DNA of 64,000 nt from Carcharhinus amblyrhynchos (taxonomy: Eukaryota): the NCBI GenBank assembly GCA_965287045.1, contig OZ336881.1:53134001-53198000 (forward strand). The letters run 5' to 3'. Positions 24,722-38,418 of the stretch are shown piece by piece. The position numbers and the translations under genes were made by a program. The first letter of the stretch is position 1; the number at the start of each line of letters is the position of its first letter. Below the pieces are notes generated by a model. That model was not told where the DNA came from and did no database searches. It worked only from the letters and a program-made list of their open reading frames with translations.

Positions 24722-25365
24722 TAAGAAAGAAAGACTTGTATTTATACAGCGCTGGGCACAACGATTGGACATCTCAAAGTGCCTGACAGCTAATGAAGTA
24801 CTTTTAAAGTGTGGTCACTGTTATAATGTAGGAAATAGAGTGGTACGGTGGTACAGTGGTTAGCACTGCTGCCTCACAGCGCCAGGGACCTGGGTTTAAT
24901 TCCGGCTTCGGGTCATTGTCTGTGTGGAGTTTGCACATTCTCCACGTGTCTGCGTGGGTTTCCCCCAGGTGCTCCATTTCCTTCCACTCTCCAAAGGTAT
25001 GCAGATTAGGTTGATTGGCCATGATAAATTAGCCCTTAGTGTCAGAGGGATTAGCAGGGTAAATACAAGGGGTTAAAAGTATTGGGCCAGTGTGGGATTG
25101 TTATCGGTGCAGGCTTGATGGGCCAAATGGCCTCCATCTGCAGTGTAGGGATTCTACAAAATGCAGCAGCCAATGTGTACACAGAAACTTCGCACAACTG
25201 GCAATGTGCTAATGACCAGATAATCTGTTTTTGTAATGTTGAATGAAGGATAACACTGGTCAGGACACTGAAGATAACTCCTTTGCTCTTCTTCAAGAAA
25301 GTGCCATGGGATCTATTACACCTACCCAAGCAGGCAGATGGGGCCACAGTTTAAGGTCTCAGACT
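24722..25365 (-). mobile_element. SacSINE1-like Deu-SINE, interrupted by an HE1 SINE
   Basis: AAGAAAGACTTGTATTTATACAGC...AATGAAGTACTTTT...GTAGGAAA resumes at 25158 with GCAGCAGCCAAT...AGATAATCTG...GTGCCATGGGATC. Matches 43410-43850. Confidence 0.75.
24840..25157 (+). mobile_element. HE1-type V-SINE
   Basis: Full head, V-domain and tail; inserted in the Deu-SINE. Confidence 0.9.
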
Positions 25366-26339
25366 GAAGGTACAAAGTAAATGCAATGCTCATTTTTATC
25401 ATAATGCAGAGCTTCTTTCTAAATGTAAGAGTATTTGAAGAGCTGGATCAAATGGCTGCTAGCTGGCTTAATGACAGGTAGATTAATTGATTAAAAATCA
25501 TTTAACTGGTGGAAAATGAATGAGCTATAATTAATCACTTAAAACACCAGTAGATTTCTGCAACAAAGAGTGCTTCAGAACTTTAGAGCAGAAAAAATGA
25601 AAAAAGTCTGAAATGACAGGCTAAAATCCCAATGTGTGCCCAGGAAGCATAGTAGAGCTTATATATGTGAGAAGTTACAAGATCTTAAAACAGTGAAGCC
25701 ATATATTTTCCCTAAGTGAACAAACAGGTGATTATTCTCCGCAATACAATCAAGAACTTGCATGTCCTTCTATACAGAAAAGGCTGTGGTGATTCTTCAA
25801 CCCAGGGGCAACCCATTCATCCTGTCCTGTTATCGCATTTGACACAAAGGGATCCCATTAAGAAGGAAAGGTGGCCTAAAATCTTAAAGGTAAAACATTC
25901 AGCCAAGTTACGTGTATGTTACACCAAGGCAGGAATTTCAACTAGTACGTTGGTAGGAATGAAATATCACGCAACAAAGTCCAATACAGCTATCCTTTCT
26001 ACCCAACTCGTGTGCTGCCACAAACCTGATGCAGTGCTTTGCACAGTTTATAATTTATTATTATTTGCTGGAAACATTTTGCAACACCCAGCAGTAACAG
26101 ATTTCTTCCATACATCAGGCTTAGATCAAATAACAGTAAATCATACCATCCTATGATTATCCTAATAACAAGTTACTTTCCTCATCTCTGTTTTTATCTT
26201 TTGATTAAACTGTGATTACGTCCTTAGTATTATCTAGGTCTCAGTTACACCTGGGGTAGTATGAGGGAAGGGTAGTAAATGAACCCTACAGCCATCATTT
26301 TGGACACTATAAAAGGTATCCAAGGTATCGATGGTTGTT

Positions 26340-29276
26340 AATCAAGGAAGGTTTCAGAGTAGTCATGGCATAAAGGCAGTTGATAGTGATGTAGAATTGG
26401 TTTGGGTTGAAATCATGAATAGCGGGGGAAGGAAGACAAGGGTGGGTGTAGTCTGTAGACCCCCAAAATATGACCTCTCACGATGTCAGAGTATTAATGG
26501 GGAAATATCGAGGGCATGTTTGAAGAGGACTGCAATTATCATGACAGATCTTAATCTGGATATTGATTAGACAAATCAAACCAGCAAGTATTTGTGGAGT
26601 GCATCAGAGATTGCTTTTGAGAGCAGTACATTGTGGAACCGACTGGGAACAAGCTATTTTAGATTTGGTTTTGTGTAATGAAGAAGGATTAATAAGGGAT
26701 CTTGTGTTTAAAAGATCCCCTAGTGGGTAGTGACCACAATATGATAGAATTCCAAATACAGTTTGAAGATGAACATCGTAGGTCCATAACCAGTGACTTC
26801 AACTTAAATAAGGGCAATTATAACGGTATGAGGAAGGAATTGTTTAAGCTGAACTGGGTAAAGAAGCTAAGAAAGAGGTCCATAGATGAGCAGTAGCAGA
26901 TATTCAGACAGTTGGTCCAAAATGCTTAGCAGGAGTTTATCCCAATTAAAAAGAGGAATTCGACAAGAAGCAAATACATGGTTAACAAAGGAGATCAAGG
27001 ATAATATTAAAATCAAAAGCAGGATATACAAAATGGCAAGAATAGTGGTAGACCAGAGAACAGGGTCCAGCAACAAAAGACTAAGAAGCTCATAAGGAAG
27101 AAAATTAATTTTGACAGAAAACTTGCATACAACAGAAATACAAACAGTAAGAGTTTTGATGGAAATATAAATAGGAAGTAGGCAACTAAGGTGAACGAGG
27201 TATGCGAATTACTAATAGCAAAGAGATGGAGGATATACTAAATAAATTTTTTGCATTGGTCTCTACCATGGAAGACATTGTAAATATCCCTAGGATATCA
27301 GATGGGCCGATTTCAAATAACATGGTAGAATTTACAAAAATTCCAATTACAAGGGATAGAGTATTAGAGAAATTCAAGGGGCTAAAGGTCAACAAGTCAC
27401 CAGGACCCGGAGAATTCCAACTGAAGTTTTAATGGAAGTCGCTATGAAGATAGTGGACCCATTGGTTGAAATTTTTCGTAACTCGTTAAATTCCAGGACA
27501 GTACCTGAAGATTAGAGAACAGTCAATGTGATACCCTTGTTCAAAAAGGGAGAAAGGCAGAAAGCAGGAACCGATAGGCCAGTTAGTTTAATATTTATTA
27601 TTTTTGCAAAATGCTAGAGTCAATATCAAAGAGGAAAAACTACTCATTAAGGAAAGCTGAATATAATCAAACCTAGTCAATATAGTTTTACAAAAGGTAA
27701 GTCATGTTCGACAAATTTGTAGAATTGGTTTGGGTTGAAATTATGAATAGTGGGGGAAGGAAGACAAGGGTGGGTGTAGTCTGTATACCCCCAAAATATG
27801 GCCTCTCACGATGTCAGAGTATTAATGGGGAAATATCAAGGGCATGTTTGAAGAGAACTGTAATTATCATGACAGATCTTAACCTGGATATTGATTGGGC
27901 AAATCAAACCAGCAAGTATTTGTGGAGTACATCAGATAATTGCTTTTGAATTTGCTCAAATTCTTTGAGGATGTAACACGGAGAATAGATAGAAAGGAAC
28001 CTGTAGACGTAGCATAGTTAGATTTTCAAAATGCATTTGACAGGCTGGTCAAAGAGGCTGGTGCATAAAAAAAAGCTCATAGAATTGGCAGAAGTGTGTT
28101 AGCATGGATTGAAAACTGGCTGTTACATAGAAAACAAAGACTTGGAATATATGGGTCCTCTTCAGAGTGGAAATACGTATCTAGGGGAACAGTTCTTGGC
28201 CCGTAATTGTTCACTATTTACAACAATGATCTGGAAAAAGAAACAGAATGTAAGATTTCCAAATTTGCCGATGAAATGAAGCTAGCTGGAAGGACATGTT
28301 GTAATGAGGATATTGTGATTTTGCAACGGGATACAGATAAATTGGGTGGCTAGGTGAAAACCTGGCAAATAGAGTTTAAATGTGGGGAAGTGTGAGGTCA
28401 TGCCCTTTGGTACAAGAAATCAAAAGGCAGATCAGCATCTAAATGGAGAGAGACAGCAGGTGAATGAAATACAGAGGGATTGAAGTGTTCTAGCGCATGA
28501 ACTTCAAAAATCTAGCAGGCAGGTCCAACAAGAAGGCAAATAGCCTTTATTACAAATGGGTTAAAGTTTAAATATAGGGAAGTTTTGTTGCAATTGAACA
28601 AGGTGTTGATGAGGCCTCACCTGGAATACTGTGTACAGTTTTGGACAGTTTTTTACAGTTTTAGACAGTAACAGGTTATGATGAGTGGGCAGATAAGTGG
28701 AGCTGAGTCCATGAAAAGATCAGCCATGATCTTATTGAATGGCGGAATAGGCTTGAGGGGCCACATGGCCTAATCCTGCTCCTAGTTCTTATGTTCTATG
28801 TCCCCTTATCCAAAAAAAATGCTAACGTTGGAAGCAGTCCAAAGTAGATTCATCAAGCTAATTCCTGGGATGAAAGAGTTGTCTTAGCATGAGAGACTGT
28901 ATAGTCTGGGTCTGTATTTTTTGGAGTTTAGAAGAGTGAGGAGTGACATTATTCAAACATATAAGATCCTGAGTGGGCTTGACAGGGTAGATCGTGAGAT
29001 GTTTTCACTAGCGGAAGAGTCTTGAACAGAGGGACAGACCTACAAAGCAAAGGACCAGTCATTTAAAACTGAGGTGCGTCAAAATTTCTTCTCGAAGAGG
29101 CTGGATCATTCGAAGTATTTAAAATGGAAGTGGATAAATATTTGACAGATTGAGGAATATAGGGCTATGGGGAAATGGCACAAAAAAGGAGTTGAGGCCG
29201 GCATTAATTAAGGACAACTGTATTGAATAGTGCAGCAGGCTTGAAGGGCCTGATGACCCACTCCTGATTCCATTTC

Positions 29277-29280
<4 letters not shown>
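26340..29280 (+). mobile_element. Near-complete degenerate CR1 LINE ORF2 (APE endonuclease plus RT)
   Basis: ELVWVEI...GVVCRPP, PLVGSDHNMIEF, NKSPGP, NVIPLFKKG, KISKFADE, RPHLEYCVQFW and a 3' tail. Many stops and frameshifts. Confidence 0.95.
28665..28800 (+). mobile_element. CR1 3' tail nested in the larger CR1
   Basis: GATCAGCCATGATCTTATTGAATGGCGG...CCTGCTCCTAGTTCTTATGTTC interrupts the QFW|SPY codons. ACAGTTTT is repeated three times at the junction. Confidence 0.85.

Positions 29281-29314
<34 letters not shown>
29279..29314. repeat. (GT)n microsatellite at the CR1 3' end
   Basis: Direct observation. Confidence 0.95.
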
Positions 29315-29317
<3 letters not shown>

Positions 29318-29549
29318 TGCAATCCTATGTGACTAAATGTGCATTGCCCTTGATGCTGGTTCATAGTACATACAGCAAGCCCGGTATTGTGGAAGTTCAC
29401 TCAACCTTCACCAACTGGTTCCCCCGTGTTATTTTATCTCATCATAATAACAGTGGCTAATTTCAAGGGCAAAGAGTCAAATCATATCAATTCTTTAAGC
29501 GTGTACATAAGGGAACGAAACCTGATAACGATGATATAGTTTATATTAA

Positions 29550-30005
29550 GAACAGAAAGAATAGGAGCAGGAGTAGACCATACGGCTCTCAAGCCTGCTC
29601 CGCCATACAATAAGATCATGGTTGATCTGATTTTGGCTTCAACTCCACTTTGCTCCCTGTTCCCCATAGTCCCCAACTCCCCTCCAGTTCCGTAATCTAA
29701 CTCAGCCTCGAATATCTCGAGTGACCTGACTTCCAGAGTTCTCCGAGGTTGAAAATTATGACCATCAGAGGGAAGAAACCTCCCCCCCCACACCGCGCCA
29801 ACCTTGTCTTAAATAGCTGATCCCTTATCCTGAAACTACGCTATCTTCTTTTCAATTCCCCCACAAAGCAAATCTATCAGCATCTACCCTGTCAGGCCGC
29901 TTCAGAATCTCTTGTATTTCATTCATCTAAACTCCAGTGAGCCTAATGTGCTCAACTTTTTTATCCCAGGAATCAACCTAGTGAACCTTCTCTGCACCTC
30001 CTCAT
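29550..30005 (-). mobile_element. CR1 LINE 3' fragment
   Basis: AAGAATAGGAGCAGGAGTAGACCAT tail and ATCCCAGGAATCAACCTAGTGAACCTTCTCTG. Confidence 0.85.
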
Positions 30006-30009
30006 GCAA

Positions 30010-30208
30010 GGACAGCACGTAATTAGCCATTGGTTCTCTCTAGTGGAATGTTAAGTGGTTACATAACTTATGGGGCACCACTCTCCACCAAGCATCGAAC
30101 AGGCAAGGAGGCAGGTCCCAGTTCTACCTCAGCTGGAACAGGAATTGAACTCACGCTGCCGGCATTATTCAAAATCATATGCTAGCCACTTAGCCAACTG
30201 AACCAACC
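30010..30208 (-). mobile_element. tRNA-derived SINE remnant
   Basis: Reverse-complement tRNA-like head (GGTTCAGTTGGCTAAGTGGCT...GAGTTCAATTCC). The body GGGGCACCACTC is shared with 45010-45315. Confidence 0.55.
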
Positions 30209-31292
30209 TTAATGAGAGTCTACCCCTCCTTAAATCAGAAGACCAAAACTGTATAACTAAATTGATCAGTGTATTATCCACAGTATGATTCATTTTAAAG
30301 TGGTCTTAAAATAAGCATATGTTAATGACATAACAGGCCTAATAGCCTAACATTGGACATGTTGACAAGGGGGGCTTGGATAGAAAAAACTCAATTAAAT
30401 CATGCTTATGTTTCAATTCTGTATTCAACAAGTTAACTGGTTACGCACACCAGATTTAGGTTATCCCTGACATATTTTTAGTTCTTGAAATTCATATCAT
30501 CAAAATTTTCAACTGCACCAACAAATTCTATAAAAAATTCCAGGCACTACATCGAATTACTGTGCAATTCAATGCAACAAAAGCTAACATTAAACATGCC
30601 ACAGGTCAATTCATTCTTGCTGTTTGTTAATCAAGCTCACTATTAAGTCAGTATATTCACATCTATGATACATCAGGTTACATTTCCTGCTTTAGCTCTT
30701 CATAATTAATTCTCAGAAGCAAATAGTACGTTTTGGTTTTAGACTCTGCAATGTCAGTCAATTCAAGAATGTGACTGTCAAGGCAAATATCTGGGCAGAA
30801 GTACCCTTAGAGTGCCATTGTCAAACGTAAATGGGGATTAGACGTTCGCACTGTGGGGGAAACAGTCACCAACCCTTGATTTTCTCTGAATTAGCCAATT
30901 AGTGGCCAGAGAGTGAGTTCACCATCACTAGATGGTGGGCAGGGTCTCTAAGCGAGCTGTCTGAGCCTTACAGGTCAGGAGAAGCAGGTAAGTACAGGTA
31001 AGTGAGTAGGACAATGCCACCACTTTGAGGTGGCCTCTCTCTATCTGTTCCAAAAAAAATCTAAAATAGACAAGCAACCGGCCACATCACCCTGGTGGGG
31101 AGAGAGCCACTCCACAGGGCAGACACAAAGCTGAGCAGCACAATCCCACCCAACACCCCTTACAGCCTGCCACCATGAGGCCGCACCCTGGCCTCTGCTC
31201 AATTCCCTGATGCCTCCGGCAACTGACTGAAGATCCAACTGTGAGCCTAAAAAGGCCCTAAGATCCTGCAATTGACTATCTGCCTAACTGCA

Positions 31293-31652
31293 TGGAAAGA
31301 CCTGGATAGAGTGGACATAGGGAAGAGGTTTCCATTAGTAGGAGAGATTAGAACCTGAGGGCACAGGCTCAGAATAAATGGATGATCCTTTAGAACCAAG
31401 ATGAGGAGGAATTTCTTCAGCCAGAGGGTGATGAATCTATGGAGTTCATTACCACAGAAGGCTGTGGACGTCAAGTCAATGAGTGTGTTTAAGATAGAGA
31501 CAGCTAGGTTCTTGATTGGTAAGAGAATCAGAAGTTATGGGGAAAACGTGGAAGAATGGGGTTGAGAAACATATCAACTAGGATCAAATGGCAGATCAGA
31601 TTTGATGGTCCGAACAGCCTAATTCTGCTCCTATCCCTTATGGTCTTATGGA
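31293..31652 (+). mobile_element. CR1 LINE 3' fragment within a probable non-autonomous DNA element (~30790-31850)
   Basis: GATGAGGAGGAATTTCTTCAGCCAGAGGGTG...CCACAGAAGGCTGTGG and a CR1 tail. Confidence 0.85.
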
Positions 31653-33494
31653 ACAGTAGCCCTTCTACAAGCACACACTATGCCCCACCACACCCCTGCC
31701 CCCCAATACATCCCTGCCGCTGCATTCCTCCTGTAGGAAAATAGCCTCAAGGTGGGATAGAACCAGGGAACTGGGCACATTCACTTGAATTGAGAAATTC
31801 TGAGCCTTCCCCACTCCGTACCTACTCCCATCAGGGCCTGAAAATTCAATTTAAGTAAGGAGTGTCAATCAAAGCTAATTGGAGCAACATCCATGTGCTT
31901 TATGACTGGTTTTGGTTATGGGGTTATATTAAACAATAACAGGAAATATGTTGTCCTTTAGGGTTCGATGACTTACAAAATCAATAAGACTTAGCCAAAT
32001 ACCACATGCAATACCATAAATGTGTCACTGCTATAAATCCACTTTCAGTACAATTTAAAACTGGATTAATAAACAATTCATCTCAAAAACCTGTTGGGCT
32101 GATCTATGGCAGTTCTGCGCAGCTATGGTATTAAATTAAAGAAATGAAAATTAAGTTAAAGTTCCTGCACAAGACGGACACTGTCTTTTTTAATGCAGTT
32201 TTTCCAAGGATCTATGTGGACAGATTTGCAAATACCACTTATCTACATTAAGGGTCAGAATATCCATCAATTCAGCATCTGTTTTAGGCTGTCACAACAA
32301 AGTCACAGTCTTACATAATCTTAAAACCAAAATACAGATCACATTCCAGTGATCCAATTAAGATAGAAACGCTTGCAATCAGCCAGGAAGCAAGTCCTGC
32401 AACAGATTGTGGGGCTGTAACATCAATTTCTTAAGTGCATTTAAAGGATTACAATTGTTTCTTCTGGCTTGGTATGGAAACACCTATTGAGGTACTGCAT
32501 ACCACATTACTATAATTGGGTACCTGAACAAATGCCTCTATTGCAGTGGGAGGTAAAGCAGAAATGCATCGGCAATTCTTTTACATTTGAACTCCATGCC
32601 CTGCTACTTCAGTTCCTTCCACATTTTTTGCTGTTTCGTCTTTCTCTGGCAGCAGCATGCTGTGTAGCTGTAATGTGCACAATTGGTGGACAATAATTTC
32701 AGCTAATAAAGAACAGCTTGGGAAATAAGCCTCTTAAGTTCAGTTTACATGGAACTCAGGTCCAATACAAATCATTTCATTCCGAATAACTTAAGAGTTG
32801 CAGTGTTTTACCCTGTTAAAACGCCTAAAACCTGCCATGGTGTTTGCATGGGGAGAACCTGATTTATTTCAAGGTCTGTTGCTCCCGTGGAGTGCACGCT
32901 ACAGCACTTGTTGTAGCATGTTGAGGCATGCATCATCATATATGTGTGGTAACAAGGGGTTTTTATGAATCAAAGTGCTGTAGAATCTATGAGAAAAGAA
33001 AGCCTGTTGAATAAGGAAGCTCAGTCTGACAAAAAAAATCCTAAATGTTTGGCTGAGTGTCACTCTACCTATTCCTCTTTGGAGTGTACTTTAACGTAGC
33101 CAAAAATTAAAGAGATGAAACTCTTCGCCCACTGTTCACTATACAGTTGTGGAGTGAAATAAATTTAAGCAGACTCACCTCAGCCATTAGCTTGTGAAAG
33201 TCCACGGCACAAGAAGTGCCCATAATTGCCACTTATTGCCACTAAACTGACTAAAATAGATGATTTAGAGGTCACAAGGATCATTGCTAATGTTAAGTAT
33301 GGAAAAATGCATATTGATCTAAAGGAAGGTGTTGTTCTGAGCAATGTTCCCTGCAAATTTTTTTTTTGAATGCCCGCTCAGTTTCTTTTAAGTGTGGGTC
33401 CCTTTAAATTTTTTGTGTTGCTGTGCGCGCACATACATGCACGCACACACACACACAAAACTAAAGGGAGCAACATGCTTGCAACTGACTTGAG

Positions 33495-33802
33495 GGCGGT
33501 GTGGGGGCATGGTGGTTGGTTAGTACTGCTGCCTCACAGCGCCAGGCACCCTAGTTCAATTCCAGCCTTGGGTGACTCTCTATGTGGAGTTTCCAAGTTC
33601 TCCCCGTGCCTGTGTGGGTTTCCTCTGGGTGCTCCGGTTTCCTCCCACAGTCCAAAGATGTGTGGGTTAGGTTGATTTGTCATGCTAAAATTGCCCCTTA
33701 GTGTTAGGGGGATTAGCGGGATAAATACGTGGGGTTATGGGGATAGGGCCTGGGTGGGATTGTGGTCAGTGCAGACTCGATGAGCCCACTGAGTGATTCT
33801 AT
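33495..33802 (+). mobile_element. HE1-type V-SINE
   Basis: Head, V-domain and tail match 18337-18620. Confidence 0.9.
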
Positions 33803-36800
33803 GTGGACTTACGGAATGCTGCTACAGTCATGCAGCTTAAAGAGAATATTGGTTCTGAGACATACTGGCAAAAAGAAGGAAATTTAATCTTTATCTAATC
33901 ATTCCATAATGACTTCGAGGTGCTTGCTCCAAACACTGGATGTGCTGGTTTTGGACTTGCACTTTGAGAAACAAAATAAAGAAAAATGGAAGATCCAAGC
34001 ATACATGATAGAGTTTGTCTCATTATCTAATCCCCCCCTTTACACTACATTTGTAACATTGCTGTGTAACAGGAAATATAGGCAAGGTTAAATTATCCCA
34101 CAAGATATTCAATAGTTAATTCATATGAGTTTGGCAAATACTTTGCAGTATAAGATTATTAAAACATACAGAGGAAGGGTAGGAATTGGGAATTAAAAAG
34201 ATAGATCTACCATGGTTCGCAAAATGATGGAATAGGTTTAGCAGATTAAATCATCTATTCCTTTTTCTACAACGTTGAAGTGCTTCTGTAATTAACTCCT
34301 TACGTAATTTTCCTGCTCCACACCCTATTCCTTAGCCTTTATCAACTCTAACTATTCTCTTCCTCGTTCCACATTTCTTCCCAGTCTGGTGAAAGACCCA
34401 TCTCCCAATCATTTCCAGCTCTTTGTTATGCCCAGAACCATCTTTATTGCTTTTCTGCTGAAGGTAAATTTCTCTCCGGTTTCATGTTTCTCTCTTTAAT
34501 GCACTCTGTGCTCCCTCAGCACTGAGGACTTTGTTCTTGTGCAAAGCTTCCTTCAATGATATTTTAAATTCTGAATATAGCTGATGGCATGAGGGTGAAT
34601 CTTTAACAAACCAGCAGTCCCTCATTACTAATTTACCCAAATTCTGAGCAGAGAGAAAGGACTTATGCTACCTTTTCATCCACATGAGCTTGTTCGTAGT
34701 AAAGTTGATAGGATGCTTTTTGGACAAGGTGGGCAGGTGGAAGTACACCACAAGGGATTTTTTTTATTATTAGCTGTTTCAATGTTCAAGGATAGATGCC
34801 TTATTAAAATGTCATTACGTTAGTGTCAGAACCAAATGAAATTTAAAGAAAAGTATGTTATTCAGTTTTTTTTGACATTGCATTGGGGGTTAAATTGGCT
34901 TTTGGTAGTTAATGCAAAATAGACAATAACGAATCATCAGTGGACTTAACACCCCATAAGATATCCATTTCTACTGATATCAATAAAAAGGAGAAAGTGA
35001 AATAAATGTGAAGCATGCTATTAATTAACTGTTGCCCATTCTGCATTATAGCGAAAGGCCAATTTCACCTACCCTCACCCAGTTGTCGTGTGAAGTTATG
35101 ACATGGGCCTAATTTTCAAAGTGGTGTCAGGAACCCATATGAATCTCAAGACGCGAGCGGCCTCAACTGCATCACTCAAGTAATACCATTAATTGGGCAG
35201 GGGGCAAGTTCAATTAGCGACACCGAGCGCCATCAGGAGGCAGAAGATGCCGACCTGGCACCAGTGGCAAAGGCAAACAGCAACCATGGTAGGATATGCC
35301 ACTGCCTTGCCAAAAAGAGCAGGCAGTTCCTCTGAAAGCCAGCAGCTAATGCCATGGAGGGAAGTGGCCATGCGCACAAAGACATGGGCAACCAATGGGT
35401 AAATCATATATTTTCAAACAGTCTAATGCTTGGAGTAGCCACGTTGGTTCAGCAAGCTAATTTTGCATTTATACAGCAGAATTCCAAACAAATCTCTGCC
35501 TTAGAGAGAATATCTCAGCTGAATAAGGAAAGCTTTGTTCATGCTATTGATTGTGGACATTATTAATACAAAACTTTGAGGTGCAACTACAGCAATTCCT
35601 TTGCTCTTGGTGTCAGTGGATACCTTTGATTTGAACATTCATATGTCTGTTACTACTCCAGTCAATGCCTTCTGACAGTCTAACCTCTTGCCTCCACTGC
35701 AGTCCAGGATAGAATCTCTTGAAGTCCACAACAAGCCCACAAACCTGCATTCAATCAATGCTTATTGTTCATTTGCCTAATTGCTCACAATCCTTTTGAA
35801 TATCAATTTTCTCTTACATGCTTCCTGTCATCAACAAATTTTATACTATTGTTATTACAACTATTGACTGTTGTTTACTAAAAGCTTTATTATCTGATGA
35901 TTACTTACTTGCATCAACTCACATTTCAAATATAAAATATTAAGCAAGCTACAGTCATCTCAAATGATAGGAACATCTGGAGAGAAATGCACCTCATAGA
36001 AATGTCTAGGGCAATCATTGCAAATAATCATCATGAATAAAGCATACATAGAGCAATGAGCAGTGGGTAGAAATCTAACCATAGTATTCCTGTTAAAAGA
36101 GACATGCTGCCAAAGCTTTTTGAACTCATCTGGACAGATGCAAGAGTACCAAATTTCAAAGGGAACAACAACTTATATTGCATGAGAAAAGGGTGCTGAT
36201 TGTTTAGCAAGTGGGCTGTGATTGGTTGAGATATTGTCATGGTGACTGGGGAACAACGATCCCAAAAAAAGTTACCTCTAATTGATCAAGGTGTCATTGA
36301 AATTACAAACTTAGTAACTTGCGCAGTTGAGTTCAGCTTTAACAACATACATTATGTGTACCCAAATAGATGGCGTTGCCATGGGATTCCCTCTAGGCTC
36401 AGCTCTCACTAACATTTTTTATCAGTTTCCACGGGAAATGCATTTTCTGTGGAATTATCCCTAACCTCCTACTCTTTGCATTTTTCTGATATGTAGATGA
36501 TACATTTCCTACATTTGAATGTGCAATTGCATGTAAAGATGTCTTTACACATCCTTAATGGACTCCATTCTGTGCTCACACCCACCTCTGAAATGGAACT
36601 CCCTTTGAAACAATCTAATTTTCCTTGTCAAGAAATCCGCTGATGGGCTCTCCACTACTGTCTTCTGTAAGCCTACCTTCACTGGTCAATACACATTGGG
36701 ATTCCTACAAAACCAGGCACTATAAAATGGATCTTATCAACAACCTCATAAATATGGCCCAAGCCATTTTCTCACCACGCAAGCTTAATGTCAAAATAAA

Positions 36801-37117
36801 GTATATCAAAACTATCCTTGGGACAATGGCTACCTTGATCAGATTTTTGCTCACTGTATATTGTACAAACGCAAGAATCAGCCTAAAACTGCCCAGTATA
36901 CCTCAAATTTCCTTGCAGTAGCAACACAAGTGATAGAGGATGGTGCCATCAAGCCAAAAAGAAATTCTGCCTACCACACAAATGAGTAATGCAGTATGTG
37001 AATTTCAGTGCCGGTGTGTTGCTAGATATGTAGGCCACATGTCCCAAAGAATGGTGGATCTTATCAAACAGCACATTCCTTCAGCATTTCAGCAGTTATT
37101 CCTTCAGACAAACTAAA

Positions 37118-37876
37118 GTAGAACGTACAGGGTAAATGGTAGGACTCTGAAGAGTGCAGTTGAATAGAGGGATCTGGGAATACAGGTACAGAATTCCCTA
37201 AAAGTGACATCACAGGTGGATAGGGTCATAAAGAGTGCTTTTGGTACATTGGTCTTTATAAATCGGAGTATCGAGTATAAAAGTTGGAGTGTTATGGTAA
37301 GGTTGTATAAGGCATTGGTGAGGCCGAATTTAGAGTATTGTGTACAGTTTTGGTCACCTAGTTACAGGAAGGATGTAAATAAGGTTGAAAGAGTGCAGAG
37401 AAGGTTCACGAGGATGTTGCCGGGACTTGAGAAGCTGAGTTACAGAGAGAGATTGAATAGGTTAGGACATTATTCCCTGGAGCGTTGAAGAATGAGGGGA
37501 GATTTGATAGAGGTGTATAGGATTTTGATGGGTATAGATAGAGTGAATGCAAGCAGGCTTTTTCCACTGAGGCTAGGGGAGAAAAAGAAACAGAGGGCAT
37601 GGGTTAAGCGTGAAAGGAGAAAAGTTTAAAGGGAATATTACGGTGGGGCTTCTTCACACAGAGAGTAGTGGGAGTGTGGAATGAGCTGCCGGATAAAGTG
37701 GTAAATGCGGGGTCACTTTTAACATTTAAGAAAAGCTTGGACAGGTACATGGATGAGAGGGGTGTGGAGGGATATGGTCCAAGTGCAGGTCAGTGGGACT
37801 AGGCAAAAAATGGTTCGGCACAGACAAAAAGGGCTAAAAGGCCTGTTTCTGAGCTGTAAATTTTCTATGGTTTCTA
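37118..37876 (+). mobile_element. Relatively young CR1 LINE 3' fragment inserted in the Penelope element
   Basis: ORF 37204..37488 (LYKALVRPNLEYCVQFWSPSYRKDVNKVERVQRRFTRMLPGL) is well preserved; the tail reads TTTTCTATGGTTTCTAT. Confidence 0.95.
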
Positions 37877-38380
37877 TTTCGCAACATATAAAATATTGAC
37901 CAAAATTGACTAGCTTCTGCTTTCATAACACAGAACTTAGTGCTCAGCGTAAGATCTGATTCTATGATTGGGCAGCGCTTCCTGAACAATCCTGAGCGTG
38001 CGAAGAGTTACACTGACGGCCAATTTAAAATCATCAGTAAAACTCACAACGTGGTTCACTCATAATTATTAGAATGCTAGATATGTTCAAACATGAGGCC
38101 CTACCCTTAGCAAACAGGAAGGATGTGTCCAGATATTGTGCCTTTTTTTATTATATAAAAACATGCGGAAATACTGTTCTCTGATACATGCCCCAAATAA
38201 ACACCTTGTTCAATCACAGTCAACTTGTCTTTTTTTTGGATTTAAGCAAAGATTGGGGAATAATGTTCCCTTGTGCATTCTCCATGGCAATGCCTCATCA
38301 GAGTCCACTTCCCAATTAATCAGTATCCTTTTCTCATGCAATGGTAATTATTGTTCTCTTTGAAATTTGGTATTCTTGCA

Positions 38381-38418
38381 TCTGTCCTGATGACTGAATG
38401 ATGAAAAGCTTCCACAGA
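38381..38418 (+). ncRNA. Minimal type-I hammerhead ribozyme motif (probably decayed) in the Penelope terminal repeat
   Basis: TCTGTC-CTGATGA-ctgaatgat-GAAA-AGCT-TC-CACAGA: both catalytic boxes, a palindromic stem III (AAGCTT), a UC cleavage site and stem I TCTGT/ACAGA. Confidence 0.65.
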
